Below are positions 63,063 through 64,000 of a DNA stretch of 64,000 nucleotides, piece after piece (within the stretch, counting starts at the first letter, position 1; each line of letters starts with the position of its first letter). The DNA is from Catajapyx aquilonaris. Taxonomy: Eukaryota. Below the pieces are notes generated by a model. The model searched no databases. It was given only the letters and a program-made list of their open reading frames with translations, and was not told the DNA's origin. The stretch covers positions 1-64,000 of the forward strand of contig KZ537960.1 of assembly GCA_000934665.2 (NCBI GenBank). The letters are read 5' to 3'. The translations under genes were made by a program, and so were the position numbers.

Positions 63063-63204
63063 GGTGGCTTACGAAATCTAACTTATAAGTTAGTTAAAAT
63101 ATCGTTTTTTCAAGGCATGTATTTGGGGAAAAAAGGGTATTATCTTCTCTTTGAGACCTTTCCGTTTAACAATATTTCAAAGAAGCCCAATCACTTTATT
63201 TACC
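63063..63204 (+). repeat. Dispersed repeat, copy 2 (homologous to 57090-57235)
   Basis: Direct alignment by eye with copy 1. Confidence 0.8.
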
Positions 63205-63506
63205 TATCGTTCGTTCAGCTCTCTCTATCTCCTTCCCTCCCTCAGGCTTTACGTCCCTTCCCCTGCGGAAATCCTGCGTCGACACTGAGCATATCAACTA
63301 GTCAGACCCTGTAAAATGTAAATGCAGATTCAGCATAAAGACTAAAGTTGGAAAGCAAACAATAGAGTGGGAAGTTGTCCTGCTCTATAGGCCACCCCGC
63401 CGGACAAAAACTTCGGAAGAGCCAAATTTACGAGCCTAAATTAAATTTGCATATCCACAGTTTCTCTTCAGAATCAGTGTACCCATTTTGTGGTTTTTCT
63501 GTTGTA

Positions 63507-64000
63507 CTATGCACTCCTGTTGTCACCACCCATCGTGGTGACCACAGTCACATTGCCTGAACTGCTTTTCCTGGACACTGAGATCCTAAAACCAGAGAGC
63601 ACCGAGGACTTTGGCATTTTGTTCCTAAGCCACCCACACCGACTCCTAATCCCCATAAGAACCTTCGCCTTACACACGAAAACAATGAAGATGAATAGCC
63701 CTTGGAGGCTGTTGATTATGTCTGTAGCATAAAAGTAATAGTCCGGCACACCCAAGAGAGATTGGCATGCCCACGACACCACTTCCATGATCCACGACAG
63801 CCCCATTATCAGGAACAGCTTGATGTAGAGGACGAATCTGAGGGAACATAAGCATTAACGATTTGGTGTGTCATTAACTGGATACGTACCGGCTCTTTTG
63901 GCGCGTCCGAACGTGGCGGTAGTTGTCGCCTTGCCGGTACATCGACCGCGTTTCCAGCTCAGTACGGTAGATGACTCGGGCTGTTAGGACGAACCACACG
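63507..64000 (-). CDS. Second Methuselah-like GPCR, last two exons (63890->64000 and 63507-63837); 5' part lies outside the window
   Basis: VWFVLTARVIYR...KSR|FVLYIKLFLIMGLSWIMEVVSW...ATDIINSLQGLFIFIVFVCK, with the same last-intron position and phase as the first paralog. Confidence 0.9.

Noticed and set aside
1..64000. CRISPR array, operon or prokaryotic defence system
   Set aside because: The sequence is spliceosomal-intron eukaryotic DNA, and I saw no regularly spaced repeat-spacer array.

Overview
This is eukaryotic, intron-containing DNA, most likely from an arthropod (Methuselah-like GPCRs, many 55-70 nt GT-AG introns). It contains no prokaryotic operon, CRISPR array or defence system. 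Spliced genes I could reconstruct by hand, left to right: CLUAP1/IFT38 (-), LRRC47 (-), phosphatidylinositol synthase PIS/CDIPT (-) head-to-head with a fructosamine/ketosamine-3-kinase (+), an RSKR/SGK494/S6KL-type AGC kinase (+), an ABHD15-like hydrolase (-), a Methuselah-like GPCR (-), an F-box/LRR protein (-) and the 3' end of a second Methuselah-like GPCR (-). A probable first exon and promoter of another gene leaves the window on the left. The kinase's ~14.7 kb intron 8 holds an antisense nested gene for an unrecognised, very acidic secreted protein. It also holds two transposon nests: a TIR element containing a Helitron containing a pogo MITE, and a mariner-type MITE containing a tRNA-SINE. 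Many further MITEs are present. The most interesting leads are the nested acidic S-x-E-rich protein, a UGA-C stop followed by 92 open codons in the Methuselah-like gene, an F-box/LRR protein with a putative C-terminal membrane anchor, a CpG-depletion boundary inside one gene, and two long hairpins. Gene names come from recognising motifs, not from database searches. Exon coordinates were read manually and may be off by a few nt.
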